Below, one piece after another: positions 13,405 through 27,300 of a stretch of 64,000 bases of DNA. The notes below the pieces were generated by a model, which was not told where the DNA came from, did no database searches, and worked only from the letters and a program-made list of their open reading frames with translations. How positions within the stretch are numbered: position 1 is the stretch's first letter; every line of letters begins with the position of its first letter. Location: contig CM059432.1 in NCBI GenBank assembly GCA_030390025.1, positions 52,702,001-52,766,000 of the forward strand, in the 5' to 3' direction. A program made the translations under genes and the position numbers. The DNA is from Squalus acanthias (lineage: Eukaryota).

Positions 13405-13417
13405 ATAATCACACATG

Positions 13418-13564
13418 CCACAGATGCCCTGTAGAGGGCGCCGCACTGGATCAAAAGCTAGATTAGAGCAAGTCTGCTCTAAAGCTCAAAAAACTTTGTG
13501 GGCAACTGTCGGCGAGGTGAACGGCAAGCATCATTCCTTCACCGCTGACCGCAAAATCCGGGCC
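13418..13564 (+). mobile_element. Right end of the MITE family seen at 448-1142
   Basis: Shared internal block and terminal GCAAAATCCGGGCC. Confidence 0.55.
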
Positions 13565-15514
13565 ATCACCTCACTTACCATAAGCAATGCCACAACAGAT
13601 CCATTTAAAACAACATATTCTCTGATTCCCTTGAAAAAATTCACAGGAAATCAATTGGAAATATACTGAAGGTCCTTCTATAATCTGTACTACTTGTAAG
13701 CGTAACTGACACAAATTATGTATTTTTGTCCAATTGTTTTGTCATTGGCTGACCCTTTTAAATCCAGTCACTTTACATAAGTTTTTTTTTTTAAATAAAA
13801 GAACTGCTTTTCTGATCCATACATGTATTGCATAGTTGGTTCAAACTCTAGAAGTGAAGGAAGGAACCAAGCTAACTTTGAACAAAAACAATTTGTCTCC
13901 ACTCATCCATGGCTCACACTGCCAATATCAACTCTCTCTCTGCTCCTCTGTGCCATCTATCTAAGTCTACTTCTCCATTTTACGTTTATTTCAAAGTGCA
14001 ACCCTTGCCACTGTCCCATCCAACACTCCCAATGCCATTCCTCAATACCTGCTACCCTACCCTTGCCCCCTACAACTTCAGATACCTACTGCTGCTCTCC
14101 AAACTATTCACTTCCCACAAATTCCCATTAACCTAATACCCATTACCTAACTATCCAAAATTTTCACTCCTCCTTCAGCTGCCTTCTTTCTACTACTCGC
14201 TTCCCACTCTTCTCAACTCATTACATCCCATATTCCACTACCTTTCCTTTGGGGTGTCCTGAGGTTGCAAAAGGCACTATATAAAAGCAAGTTATTTCTA
14301 TCTTTCTTTACTATGTCATCCTGATAACACATTACTCCAATCTTCCAAATACTAGCCACAGTATATCCTACCCTCTCTGCTACTAACCTCTCCACTACTT
14401 AGTATTGTACTCTAACTGCCTTTATTTCCCCCTAGAATTCTGAATATGGTCACCCCCAAATTATTCCTTTACACTTTTTTTAAGACTTCTTCCTGCAATC
14501 TTTTTTCCAAAGGTCTGTTCCCCACAATCTTTTCCACTTCCCGCTAAAATTTCTTTTTTCATGTTTTTTTTCAGGCATCAGGCCAAATTCTAAGTATCCT
14601 TATCTGCACACCAACCTCCTCACTACTGTTCCTCCAATGCTCACTATCCATTACTTTCTCCACCCCTGAATACCTCGCTGAACCTCGCTCCCCTTTTATG
14701 ACTACCTCCCAAATCCTCAATACTTTCCCAATACTCACTTTTGCAACCCATTTAATTGCACCCACACCCCTCCCAAGTCCTTACAAGCCCAAATAATCCC
14801 CCACAAATCACATCCACTCTGACCAATACCACAACAATCCACTTCCTTATAAAGAATTGTAATCTCTCATTCCCTATGAGTAATGCCACAGAAATATATG
14901 TATATGCACAATCCTGTCCATCACATGTTAACACTTCAAATGTCTTACACACTTTCTAATGTAAATAGCTGTCACATTTGGGGAAATCAGTTCAAAGAAA
15001 TAAAGGTGCTACTTGGAATATACAGAAAAATTCCCCAGCAAAAAAAAAATCAGAGCTACTATGTCTCCAGCCTCTTAATTGGCCTGTATATGAATTCATT
15101 TAGTGTTTACTTAACATCTGTAAGACTCTGTAGTCTTAAGAGGGCGCACGTCTACACTTTAGCAGCAAAATAAAACATTGTATTATAAGCTATAACATTT
15201 CTATACCTATAAAACAGTGCATCCTCTAACACCCTGTGAGCAGCACCACAGAAATGTCACATACTGGCGAAATACTGAATGTACTCCTGATAAATACATA
15301 GCGCATTTATCAAGTAATGTTTGGCTTCATTCAGAATTTATATATCATGGAATTGAGCAAGAACTGTTTACATTGTTGTGCTTGATCAGTTAAGTGTTTA
15401 TCCAGATTTCACAATGTACTGTATTTAGAAATACGCATTAGATAAACTGTGGGATGAAGGTTCAAGCATGTGATCGACACACTGCATTTTGACCTCATCT
15501 GTGCTGTGATTGAG

Positions 15515-16010
15515 GGGGACTGGGGAGTGCTAACAAGGCAAGGGAATACACAATAAATGACAGGATACTGAGAAGTGTAGAGGAACAGAGGGACCTTGGA
15601 GTGCATGTCCACAGATCCTTGAAGGTAGCAGAACAGGTAGATAAGGTGGTTAAGAAGGCATACGGGATACTTTCCTTTATTAGCCGAAGTGTAGAATATA
15701 AGAGCAGCGAGGTTATGCTAGAATTGTATCAAACACTAGTTAGGCTACAGCTAGAGTACTGCATACAGTTCTGGTCAGCACATTACAGGAAAGATGTGAT
15801 TGCACTAGAGAGGGTACAGAGGAGATTTGCGAAGTTGTTGCCAGGACTGGAGAACTTTAGCTATGAGGAAAGATTGGATAGGCTGAGGTTGTTTTCTTTG
15901 GAAAAGAGGAGGCTGAGGGGAGATTTAATTGAGGTGTATAAAATTAATAGGGGCCGAGAGAGAGTGAATAGGAAGGACCTATTTCCCAGAGCAGAGGGGT
16001 CAATAACCAA
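15515..16010 (+). mobile_element. CR1 LINE ORF2 fragment
   Basis: LYQTLVRLQLEYCIQFWS...LERVQRRF...RLRGDLIEVYKI. Confidence 0.9.
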
Positions 16011-16440
16011 ATAGTCTGGAGGGTCTCTGCCTCAGCTTGCATATGAATAAGCACTTGGGTAAGGTAAAGAAGTGAAGCTCCAGCCTCTTCCCGGAGGAGA
16101 GGAATGAGAGAAAATTGGGGACGGTAATGGGGTAAAGGAAAGGTACATCAACAACTTGAAGTAAGTCCCATATGAAAAAGACAAGCACTTTGTTTTTCAT
16201 TCAAGGTTTATAGTTGATGCTTTTTCTTCAGTTGACCAATAACTGAATTACTATTTATCTCCATTATCTACAACATGATTCTCATCCATGGGACACTTTT
16301 TTTTTATTTTGCTTTCCAATTCCAACGGCATTTATGGAGCTGGTAATAGATGTATTTTTATCAAGTTTTCTACAGAAACATTTAGCTGCTTATTCAAGAA
16401 GTACTAGCTCCCCTCTAATTTGTCTTTTTCCAATCTTTAG

Positions 16441-16585
16441 GTACATTAGGCTGAGTGAACTTGTTGAACATGTCTTCCCTTTGCTCAGTCAAGAACAGTG
16501 TTCAGCTTTCGTTTATCCAGAATACAGCCACTTCAACTACTGGCGAGACTTACTGCCGAGTATCAGTATGGAAGAATTGAAATAG
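16441..16585 (+). CDS. LPIN2: Lipin-2 terminal coding exon ([47 protein letters not shown])
   Basis: ctttAG acceptor at 16439-16440. [13 protein letters not shown] and FxYWRD lipin C-terminus. TAG stop. Confidence 0.95.
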
Positions 16586-18239
16586 GTTTTGCTAGTGGTT
16601 GAACTCTGTCAAAGATATTCCCAGTACTGTTTATACCTTTTATTTAAAAAGAGTCTGATTCAGGTACAAATTAATGAAAATAATCATTTGTTTATTTTAT
16701 GTACTAATTCTATTGTTGTAGAAGCATGACGTTTACACAAGTTGACAGTTACTACCAGCAGAATTTTCTCAGGAATATAGCCTAGTGTTCATTGTACCTA
16801 TAGGTTGCACCAGAAGGAAACTCAATGATTTTGATCATGAACTGTGTCTTTACATGAGAACATTGCACATAATGTTAACCCTCTGCACTCATCCTTACAG
16901 TTGCTACTTCTAGTAACTTTTTAACACAAACAAAATAGCTTGGCTTGGATTTAAAGGGTTAACTCCATGTATTACAAGAGTAACAGTCTTTTTTAATACC
17001 ATGAAAATGGGCCCAGAACCTGTTGAATATAATGGAGCCCAGAACTACTTAAAGTCCAGTCACATTCTGTAGCAATGACCCGATTCATATCACGCTATTC
17101 GGTGCTGCTTCACCTGTGGTGGAAATAAATGCCAATCTAGAATTTGTTTTCAATTGTAAAAGAATGTATCAATCAATGGCACTTTCATCCTATAAATCGG
17201 ATATATGGTAGCAGATCACTCAGTATGGGGGGGGAAAAAATCCTGCTTGTAACCTGACATTTATTGCAGACTGTTGACTATTGTGTAGTCGGGCCAATCA
17301 AAACATTTTTGTTGTATTTAATGACCTGTTGCCATTTTTTTTGTCGATTCTCTCATGAATGCCTTCAATTGGTAAAATTTAGTACAGTGTTGATCAGCCC
17401 TGTTACAAGAGTTACATGAAGGGTTTTACATTAGGGCATTGCACATTACTACAGCAAGTTCATTCTTTCTATGAAAGATGTAGATTAGTGTGTTATAAGA
17501 ACACAGAATTATGAAGAAAGATAATTACTTATACATTCTTTAAAGTACTTAAAATGGATGTAATATACTGGTGAATGGGAAATAACAGAAATAATCATGA
17601 TTTCTTATTCCAACTGTTCTTTAATCACTTTAAACTATTTGTGCTGGAAGTATTTTCAAAAGGAGAGAAATTGTGAACTTACATATTATTTTAATCACCC
17701 ATACAAGGCATTATATAGGACGTTTGATTCAACATCCTACAAGTTCTATGGAGCCTTTTTATAAGAACAAGTTTTAAATCTCAATAAGGGCTTGCAGAAT
17801 GTTCTCAAACTCCTATACACATTTTTGATAAGGGTAGTAAATTAAATGCATTTTCTTTTCTCAGTATAGCTGTTTTAACTGTTTAAGAAATTATATGCTC
17901 AGTGACCTTTTTATGTTGATGATCATTTGGTATTGTTTTGTTTCTGACCATGGATATGATTTGCCCACCAATTATCAAGAGAAGGTCTAATGTATTGTGA
18001 TTTGATGACTTATTGTTTGTGTGGTCATTTAGGATAACCACAGCAGTTGCTTTGTCCAGCTTGGATTGCAGTGATTGTAAGAAGTATCAGTAAACGTATC
18101 CGTATTATATGCCAGATTGTGAACCAATCATACCCTGTATTTAACACAATCTTCAATATAATGTTTGGGTTTGTACGTATGTATGTGTGCACGCACATAC
18201 TATATTCTTGCTATGAGACATTTCATCATAGAACCATGG

Positions 18240-18249
18240 AATAAATAAA
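18240..18249 (+). terminator. Probable LPIN2 polyadenylation signal (overlapping AATAAA x2); implies a ~1.7-kb 3'UTR
   Basis: AATAAATAAA followed about 25-50 nt later by a GT/T-rich tract. It ends an AT-rich, repeat-free stretch after the stop codon. A weaker candidate lies at 17124-17129. Confidence 0.55.
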
Positions 18250-19699
18250 GATGACATCCGAAAGCTTCATTGGTCATATTTTGTGTAGTTTGGCGTGTTA
18301 CTCAGTTACCAGAAGACGATCATCAAACTATATGTGTCGATAAATTATTTCATAGTGAATTGAAACTACAAAGGGTGTTATTACTCTAAGATGCTGTGTC
18401 TATATTAGTGGGAGGATGTTGGTCACACCTTTAATTTTCTACATTGTGTGTATTTTGTTTTTGTCATGCCATGATCGGCACGAAGTAAGACTCCCACAGA
18501 AAGGGAAAATTGGAGGGTCAGTTACTTGCTGCTCTTCTCCACTCTTAGCTGCTGTACACTGGTTGCATTGGCAGAGGCCTGAGAATAGATCTGTAGCCTA
18601 TCTTATCAGCTGGTGAGAAATCAAGGATGAGTACCATACAGACAAGGTACCAGCTGACCTTAGCTAGAGCAGCAGTGTGAACTGTATAGTGTCCGAGTTA
18701 TGGGCAGGGGGAGGAAGAGAAAATAAGCAATGTTCCAGTATCTGTGTACACGTATGGATATCGGGTGAAGACGGGATCTGGTTTGGTTGTGATGCCAGTA
18801 CAGTCAAATGTCTGCTAACACTTTGTTGATAATCACGCATGAAGAATTATTGCTTGGGCAGGGTACCAGAGCACTGGCAGTCAGTTAGCAAAATTGAAAA
18901 GAAAGATTAGTGGGGGAGGGGAGTAGAAAGAGAGAAGGAACCCCAATATCATAGATGCAAGATTCAGAATCCCTGAAGTCAACTCCTATTTGCCAAAACA
19001 CACCACCAGCTGAGTAATTTTATCAACTCATATAGCACAAGTAGACTGGGTACTGTGCAAACTGGATCAATCAAAATGCAGTGATGTAAGAGTACTACTG
19101 ATTCTGAGCCTCCCATGCACTCCTGATAATAACAAAGGACACCAATGACCAGTTTAATAATGTTCCCTGTCATTTTTTTTTCCGTGCGTGGCCCCTTTAA
19201 CTGGCTGCGCGGCCCATTCAAATTTTCGCACATGCGCGGTTATTTCCGTAGACAGGCCGGTGAGCGGTCTGCACGGGACCTCCAGACCGTTGTGTGCAAA
19301 TGTAGACGTCTAAAGTTGCATGTTGCGGCCTCTCCACTATTGCAGGCAACTCTGATGTGCCAGGCATTGTAAATGAGGTGACCTCCCCATGATAACACAA
19401 ACTTCAGTAGCTCTTAACCTTTATGCTGGGATTAAAGGTCCCTTGGCTTTTTATGTACAAGGACCTAAATTCTTTGGGCTTAACTATGAGCTTCTCTCTG
19501 ACACAACTTTGACAAACCTTTACAAGTTGCCTCTATCCACCCTTCCATTCAGAAAATGAAGTTTACATGTGTGCACTTGATGATTGTTTTTGATGAGCAA
19601 CAATATAAACTAACAGTGTGACCAATTGGTTAGTGGAAAAAAAAATAGCCTCTTTTTGCAGGCTCATTCTTGCTTTTTCAGTGTTCATCTTCCTCACAC

Positions 19700-20255
19700 T
19701 AGAATCACAGAATCGTAGAATAGTACAGCACAGAAGTATGCCATTCGGCCCATCAAGTCTGCGCCGGGTCTTTCGAAGAGCAACCAGTTCGTCCCACTCA
19801 CCCGCTCGTTCCCCATATCCCTGCAATTTTTTCTCTTTCAAGTATTTATCCAATTCCCTTTTGAATTTGTATCCACCACCCTATCAGGCAGTGCATTCCA
19901 AATCCTAACCACTCGTTGCTTCAAGATTTTCCTCATGCCGCCTCTGGTTCTTTTGCCAATCATCTTTAAATCTGTGCCCTCTGGTTATTGACCCTTCAGC
20001 CATTGGAAACCGTTTCTCTTTATTTACTCTATCCAAACCCTTCATGATTTTAAATACCTCTATCAAATCTCCTCTTAGCCTTCTCTGCTCCAAGCAGGAC
20101 AACCCCAGGTTCTCCAGTCTATCCATGTAACTGTATTCCCTCATCCCTGGAACCATTCTCGTAAATCTCTTCTGTACTGCCTTCATGTCCTTCCTAAAGT
20201 GTGGTGCCCAGAATTGGACACAATACTCCAGCTGGGGCTGAACTAGTGTTTCATA
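19700..20255 (-). mobile_element. CR1 LINE 3' fragment
   Basis: LVQPQLEYCVQFWAPHFRKD...RLRGDLIEVFKI, plus (AGAATCAC)-type tail. Confidence 0.9.
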
Positions 20256-20984
20256 ATGGTTGTTATCCTCACGAGTCATTAGTCCCTGTCCCCACAGAGT
20301 CTACCTACTCAGCCCTATCCCTGCTGCTGGCACTGCTCGCTCACTCCACACATTGGGTTGTAAATCTAATTCTGTGATTAATATGTCTCTGGAACTTTTT
20401 AAGCAAAATATTGCTGTGGGGGCAGCAACCCCCACAAGAAAATCTATGTCCCAGAAATAAGATGCCCCATCAGTTACCTCAGTTCCTTGAGTGCAAGAAT
20501 TCTGATTTGACTGGATACTGTATGGAGAAGTGGAAGTCTGTGGAACAGACAGGGAGTGTGCGACTGAGCAATCTAACTGGGAACAATGGAGAACTCTGGT
20601 CCCTGTAGAAATGGATCTGCTGTAGCAAATGGAAACATTCACAGTGGTATAATCGAGGGCTTTCTTCCAAGATTGAAGGAGATACTAATGTTGCAGTGTT
20701 TGGTGTCCATGCCGCACCCAGATATTTGGCAGGACAGGAGAATGTCAGTTCAGACTAAGCACTAAGGAAGATCATCCCAATCTTTTGTTTCATGTTGCAA
20801 AACCTTGCGACTTAATGCCTAAAAGGGGAAAGTTTAAACACTTTGGTGGTCCATTATCTTGAAGGATGGCTGAAAGTCCCACCATTCAGATGAGTAAGCT
20901 CCATGTATGCCTTCCCTCACTCAAGTCATAACTATGGTTTTCAAAACTCTGACCATGATGTGGTACCAGTTAGTGTTGAATAGT

Positions 20985-23570
20985 TTTTTTTTATTTGTTC
21001 ATGGGATGTGGGTGTCGCTGGCAAAGCCAACATTTATTGCCCATCCCTAGTTGCCCTTGAGAAGATGGTGATGAGTTGCCACCATGAACCACTGCAGTCT
21101 GTGTGGTGAAGGTACTCCCACAGTGCTGTTAGGGAAGGAGTTCCAGGATTTTGACTCACCGATGAAGGAATGCCAATATATTTCCAATTTGGGATGGTGT
21201 GTGACTTGCAGGTGATGGTGTTCCCATACTGCCCTTGTCCTTCTAGGTGGTAGAGGTCGTGGGTTTGGGAAGTACTGTTGAAGGAGCCATGGCAAGTTGC
21301 TGCAGTGCATCTTGTAGATGGTACACACTGCAGCCACGGTATGCCAGTGGTGAAGGGAGTGAATGTTTAAGGTGGTGGATGGGATGCCGATCAAGCGGGC
21401 TGCTTTGTCCTGGATGGTGTTGAGCTTTTTGAGTTGTTGGAGCTGCACTCATCCAGGCAAGTGGAGAGTATTCCATCACACTCCTGACTTGTGCCTTGTA
21501 GATGGTGGAAAGGCTTTGGGGAGTCAGGAGGTGAGACACTCGCCGCAGAATACCCAGCCTCTGACCTGCTCTTGTTGCCACAGTATTTATGTGGCTGGTC
21601 CAGTTAAGCTTCAGGTAAATGGTGACCCCCCCCCCAAGATGTTGATGGTGGGGGAATTTGGTGATGGTAATGCAGTTGAATGTTATGGGGTGGTGGTTAG
21701 ACTTTCTCTTGTTGGAGATTGTCATTGCCTGGCACTTGTGTGGCGTGAATGTTACTTGCCACATATCAGCCCAAGCTTGAGTGTTATCCAGGTCTCGCTG
21801 CATGCAGGCATTGACTGCTTCATTATCTGGGGAGTTGCGAATGGAACTGAACACTGCAATCATCAGCGAACATCCCCACTTCTTCCCTTATGATGGAGGG
21901 AAGGTCACACAGAATCACACACAGAATCCCCACAGTGCAGATAGAGGCCATTTCGGCCCATCGAGCCTGCACCGACACATATCCCACCCTATCCCCGTAA
22001 CCCCACGTATTTAATCCCCCTAACACTAAGGGTCAATTTATCATAGCCAAATCAACCTAACCCACACATCTTTGGACTGTGGGAGGAAACCAGAGCACCC
22101 GGAGGAAACCCACGCAGACACGGGGAGAATGTGCAAACTCCACACAGATAGTCATCCGAGGCCGGATTCGAACCCGGGTCCCTGGCGCTGTGAGGTAAGA
22201 GTGCTAACCACTATGCCACCGTGTTGCCCTTGATGAAGCAGCTGAAGAATGTTGGGCCTAGGACACTGCCCTGAGCAACTCCTGCAGCGATGTCCTGGGG
22301 CTGAGATGATTGACTTCCAACAACCACAACCATCTTCCTTTGTGCTAGATATGACTCCAGCCAGTGGAGAGTTTTTCCCAGATTCCCATTGACTTCAGTT
22401 TTACTAGGGCTCCTTGATGCCACATTCCGCCAAATGCTGCCTTGATGTCAAGGGCAGTCACACTCACCTCACCTCTGGAATTCAGCTCCTTTGTCCATGT
22501 TTGGACCAAGGCTGTAATGAGGTTGGGAGCCGAGTGGTCCTGACGGAACCCAAACTGAGTATCAGTGAGCAGGTTACTGGTGAGTAAGTGCCATTTGATA
22601 ACACTGTCGATGACACCTTCCTTCACTTTGCTGATGATTGACAGTAGACTGATGGGGTGGTAATTGGCTGGATTGGATTTGTCCTGCATTTTGTGGACAG
22701 GACATACCTGGGCAGTTTTCCATTGTTGGGTAGATGCCAGTGTTGTAGCCGTACTAGTTCTGGAGCACAAGTCTTCAGCACAACAGCCAGGATGTTGGCG
22801 GGACCCGTAGCCTTTGCTGTATCCAGTGCGCTCAGCTGTTTCTTGATATGTGGAGTGAATCGAATTGGCTGAAGACTGGCTTCTGTGATGGTGGGGACGT
22901 CAGGAGGAGGCTGATATGCATCATCCACTCGGCACTTCTGGCTGAAGATGGTTGCAACCGCTTCTGCCTTGTCTTTTGCATTCACGTGCTGGGCTCTGCC
23001 ATTATTGAGGATGGGGATATTCATGGAGCCTCCTCCTCCCATTAGTTGTTTAATTGTCCATCATCATTCACGACTGGTTGTGGCAGGACTGCAGAGCTTT
23101 GATCTGATCTGTTGATTGTATGATCGCTTAGCTCTGTCTCTAGCATGCTGCTTTTGCTGTTTAGCATGCATGTAGTCCTGTGTTGCAGCTTCCCCAGGTT
23201 GGCACCTTATTTTTAGGTATGCCTGGTGCTGCTCCTGGCAGGCTCTTCTGCACTCATTGAACCAAGGTTGATCCCCTGGCTTGATGGTAATGGTAGAGAG
23301 GGATATGCCGGGCCATGAGGTTACAGATTGTGGTGGAGTACAATTCTGCTGCTGGCCCATAGCGCCTCATGGATGCCCAGTTTTAAGCTGCTAGATCTGT
23401 TCTGAATCTATCCCATTTAGCATGGTGGTAATGCCACACAACACGATGGAGGGTGTCCTCAGTGTGAAGACGGTTCTTCGCCTCCATAATGTGTGCGCGG
23501 TGGTCACTGCTACCCATGCTGTCATGGACGGATGTATCTGCGACAGGTAGATTGGTGAGGACGAGGTTAA
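20985..23570 (-). mobile_element. Degenerate CR1/L2-group LINE (distinct family) interrupted by an HE1 SINE
   Basis: Broken frames NPANYHPISLLSIISKV, QFGFRQDHS, ALDIKAAF, QGSVLGP, MFADD, YKAQVRSVMEY. A-rich 3' end at ~20985. Confidence 0.85.
21907..22229 (-). mobile_element. HE1-type V-SINE (tRNA head, V domain, CR1-derived tail)
   Basis: Minus strand GGTGGCATAGTGGTTAGCAC...GGTTCGAATCC...TGTGTGGAGTTTGCACATTCTCCCCGTGTCTGCGTGGGTTTCCTCCGGGTGCTC. A near-identical 3' part lies at 28138-28308. Confidence 0.85.
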
Positions 23571-24320
23571 TCGTAGGAATTTACAGCACGGAAGGAGGCC
23601 ATTTTGGCCCATTGTGTCCGCGCCGGCCGACAGAGCGCTATCCAGCCTAATCCCACTTTCCAGCTCTTGGTCCCTAGCCCTGTAGGTTACAGCACTTCAA
23701 GTGCACATCCAAGCACTTTTTAAATGTGATGAGCGTTTCTGCCTCTGCCACCCTTTCAGGCAATGAGTTCCAGACCCCCACCACCCTCTGGGTGAAGAAA
23801 TTTCCCCTCAAATCTCCTCTAAACCTCCTACCAATTACTTTAAATCTATGCCCCCTGGTTGTTGACCCCTCTGATAAGGGAAATATGTCCTTCCTATCCA
23901 CTCTATCTAGGCCCCTCATAATTTTATACACCTCAATAAGGTCTCCCTCCCCTCAGCCTCCTCTGTTCCAAAGAAAACAAACCCAGCCTATCCAATCTTT
24001 CCTTGTAGCTAAAATTCTCCAGTCCAGGCAATATCCTCGTAAATCTCCTCTGTACCCTCTCTAGTGCAATCACATCTTTCCTGTAATGTGGTAACCAGAA
24101 CTGCACGCAGTATTCTAGCTGCGGCCTAACTAGTGTTTTATACAGTTCAAGCATAACCTCCCTGCTCTTGCCTTTATTAACGGAGGCATAGAATACAAGT
24201 ATTCCGTATGCATTCTTAACCACCTTATCTACTTGGCCTGCTACCTTCAGGGATCTGTACCCTGCACTCCAAGGTCCCTTTGCTCCTCTACATTTCTCAG
24301 TGTCCTACCATTTAATGTGT
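23571..24320 (-). mobile_element. CR1 LINE 3' fragment
   Basis: LYKTLVRPQLEYCVQFW; FFTQRVVGVWNSLP. Confidence 0.9.
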
Positions 24321-27300
24321 ATTCAATTTAATTCTATGTCAAGTAGGTTTTTCCCTCGTGTTGGTTCTCTCGCTTTTCAGACATTTTCCAACACTGACGT
24401 TCCTCATATTAATGAGCAGAAAAATATGACCAAAAATTGTGAATGTTGTAAAATTTTATCTGCCACAAGAGTTAAATTTTATTAGAATCATGCACTGAAT
24501 GACCTACCCAGCAGCACTACTTTGTTCAACTGACATTTTTTGTACTGGTTTGTCATTTGCATCGAAACATTATTCAAGACCATGAGATCTGCATTTGCAG
24601 TTACAATTGTATTGATACAAACTGTAATGATTCAATTATTTTATTAATGTCAATGAAATACAGCATATATAAGGTAAGCAGGAATTCAGTAACATGAGAA
24701 CAATACAAATAATGGTTATGTGTGTGTATACAACATAAATTTTAGGTTTGACCACTTGTCTCTCATTGCTGAATAGGTATTTACCTGATTAATAACCCAG
24801 GTAAGATTTCTCATTCGAGATTATGTTGAAGTGGCTCAGTAATCTATCCTTAATGGTCACAAAGATACTTTCCTTGGGTTCATCTCTGAGGAGACCAGAC
24901 CAGAGTCTTTTGATATAAGACAGTCATCAAAAATAAATTCAGCTTCACTAAGTACAATTATTTTCATGTACATATATATTCTAAGATTGGTGGTGGGATT
25001 CAAAATACTATTAAATACTTTTGTGGACATTTATTCAGTTAAAAAGAATGTATAACTTTTTATATTTTTACTTTATAAAATCTGCATTATTGATTGCCAA
25101 TGCACAATTGACTCAATACTACATAGGTTTATATATATATATATATTAAAGTTAATAAAATTTGATGTGTTCCTTAAATAGTAAGAATTTCACTATAGGT
25201 TTGCTCATAGGGCTACACGTTATTTGTTGTAGCTTTCCATGGGCCTAGTGTTTCATCACTGCTAAAACTGTGAATTGGATTTTTCCATTATGATTACAGG
25301 TATACAAGACTCAAAACCAATCTGTTAAAACAAAAGAATCGGTGTTCCAATTCGCTTAAAGTCAAACATTCATAGTTTACAGTGTTATCTCGTATTCAAA
25401 TGATCCATCCTCATTCCATTCAAGATTAAACAAAAAACAAAAACACTTCCGATTGTTGGAAATCTGAAACAAGATGCTGGTCAGTCAGCATCTGTGGAGA
25501 GAACAGATGAGTTGACGTTTCAGTTGTAGCCCCGACGAGAGTCTGCACCTGAACGTTTAATTCAATGGTTCTCTCCTTTAAAAAAGAGCCCTCTTTGAAT
25601 TTGGTATGATGGTTAGTCTTGAGATGCGAGAAGGAAGTAGAGAAGCTGCAGAAGTAAATAAAGAACTAAACAAAAAAAAATTCTAACGTCACCCTTGTCT
25701 GAAATGAGAATGTCTTTTTATTTGTAGTTATCTAACAACAGTGTAGATGAGCATATCATCATCCACTTCAACTGCAGGGAAATAGTAGCATTGAGCTATA
25801 ATAAATATTTATTGTCCTGATTCAAAAAATGACATTTGAAATGGTACTAATTTTTTTTGTTAACTTGAGATCTTCCCTGACGACTTGTAGTGAGACACTG
25901 ACTGACTTAGTTTTTTTTTGTAACCAATTTTCTTAAAGTAGGTTAAGCTAGATATCTAATTTATTTGAGTGTGGGAGAGGGATGGAATCTGTTTCAGGTC
26001 GTTGATCTATGTTCACTTTCTCTTTACAGAACCTCTGTAATCCCATGAGTTGCATCATTATTGTAAATTGCTAACAAAAAACATCATAAAACAATATGTA
26101 GTAGTACTTGTACATTCATTTAAAAGTATTTCACTTGAGGGTGGTTGTGGAATACAGAAAATAAACCCATGATGACCCAAAATCCAGAATGGGTTGTGGT
26201 GTGATCAGTTAATCATGGATTATTTTCCATCTTTCACAATCTCCCACCATAGATTTGGTTTATTTCACAAAAGCATTGCAAAATTCATTTTACTAACTCC
26301 ACTTTTTTTAAAATCAAAAACAGAAAAATTGGTTTTTTTCCACAAGACTATGGTAGCCCTACCTGTTGTTGTATTCAACATATGCTATTTAGTGGTTCAC
26401 CGGGGCCACTTCCACGTTGTATACATTTTATACTTGATATTTTCTACATCTGTGCTTTTAAAAGAATAACAATATTGGATGGGAAACAAATCCCCCCCCC
26501 CCCCCACCCCCAACCCCCCTGTGCTTGCTGCATTAACTTTTTGGCAAAATGTATAAATTCTATTGCTCTCTCACAGCTGTGCTCTGTGGCCCACACAGTA
26601 TTATGTAATGATGTCAGTAAGAGGCCATGAGGGAAGATTTTCACTGTGATATGTATCACAAAATTGTAAATAATATTCGTGATTTTTGTGGTGTTGATAT
26701 TGTTGCATACAGTGCACAGAGGAAATTGACCCAGCTCGACTGGCTTATTGCAAGTAGAACAGACTAAAGTGGCTGCTTACACTCTGATGCAGTTTTATTT
26801 ATTTTTTAATTGCTGCCCTTCTGATTTATTTAATGCCAAGAAAGCTCCTACTTATAAAATCCTTATTGGTGGATCAGTGGTATTGTAGAACAAATACCAG
26901 AATGAACATCACAATTTAGATTACAATTCAAGCGCAGGCTTTCCTAAAAGGATGAGTGTGTAACATGGCTAATCTTTACAGAACACATTTCCCATTAGTG
27001 ATTCAAATGGGGACACATTTTGAATTTTGTGCACAGTGATGAATGTGAAAATAAGTCCTGTTTGCTAAATTAAGACCAGACATTTGCCCATCATATGACT
27101 GAAATTACGAAAAGAACCATCCAGATTAATAATTTAAAAAAAAACTGTTGCCACTTCTGTTGGTCATGATCATGCATGTAGTTTGCCTCAACTTTATTAA
27201 AATTATGGTATTACACATTAACCTTTCTTCAACTGACAGTGAGATTGTCTTCCTGTATACCACTGAAATGTACTGCACTGACAATCTATTGGTAAACTGT

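Noticed and set aside
21907..22229. tRNA-like A/B boxes (also at 6490-6560) as tRNA genes
   Set aside because: They are SINE heads followed by V or Deu cores and LINE-derived tails.
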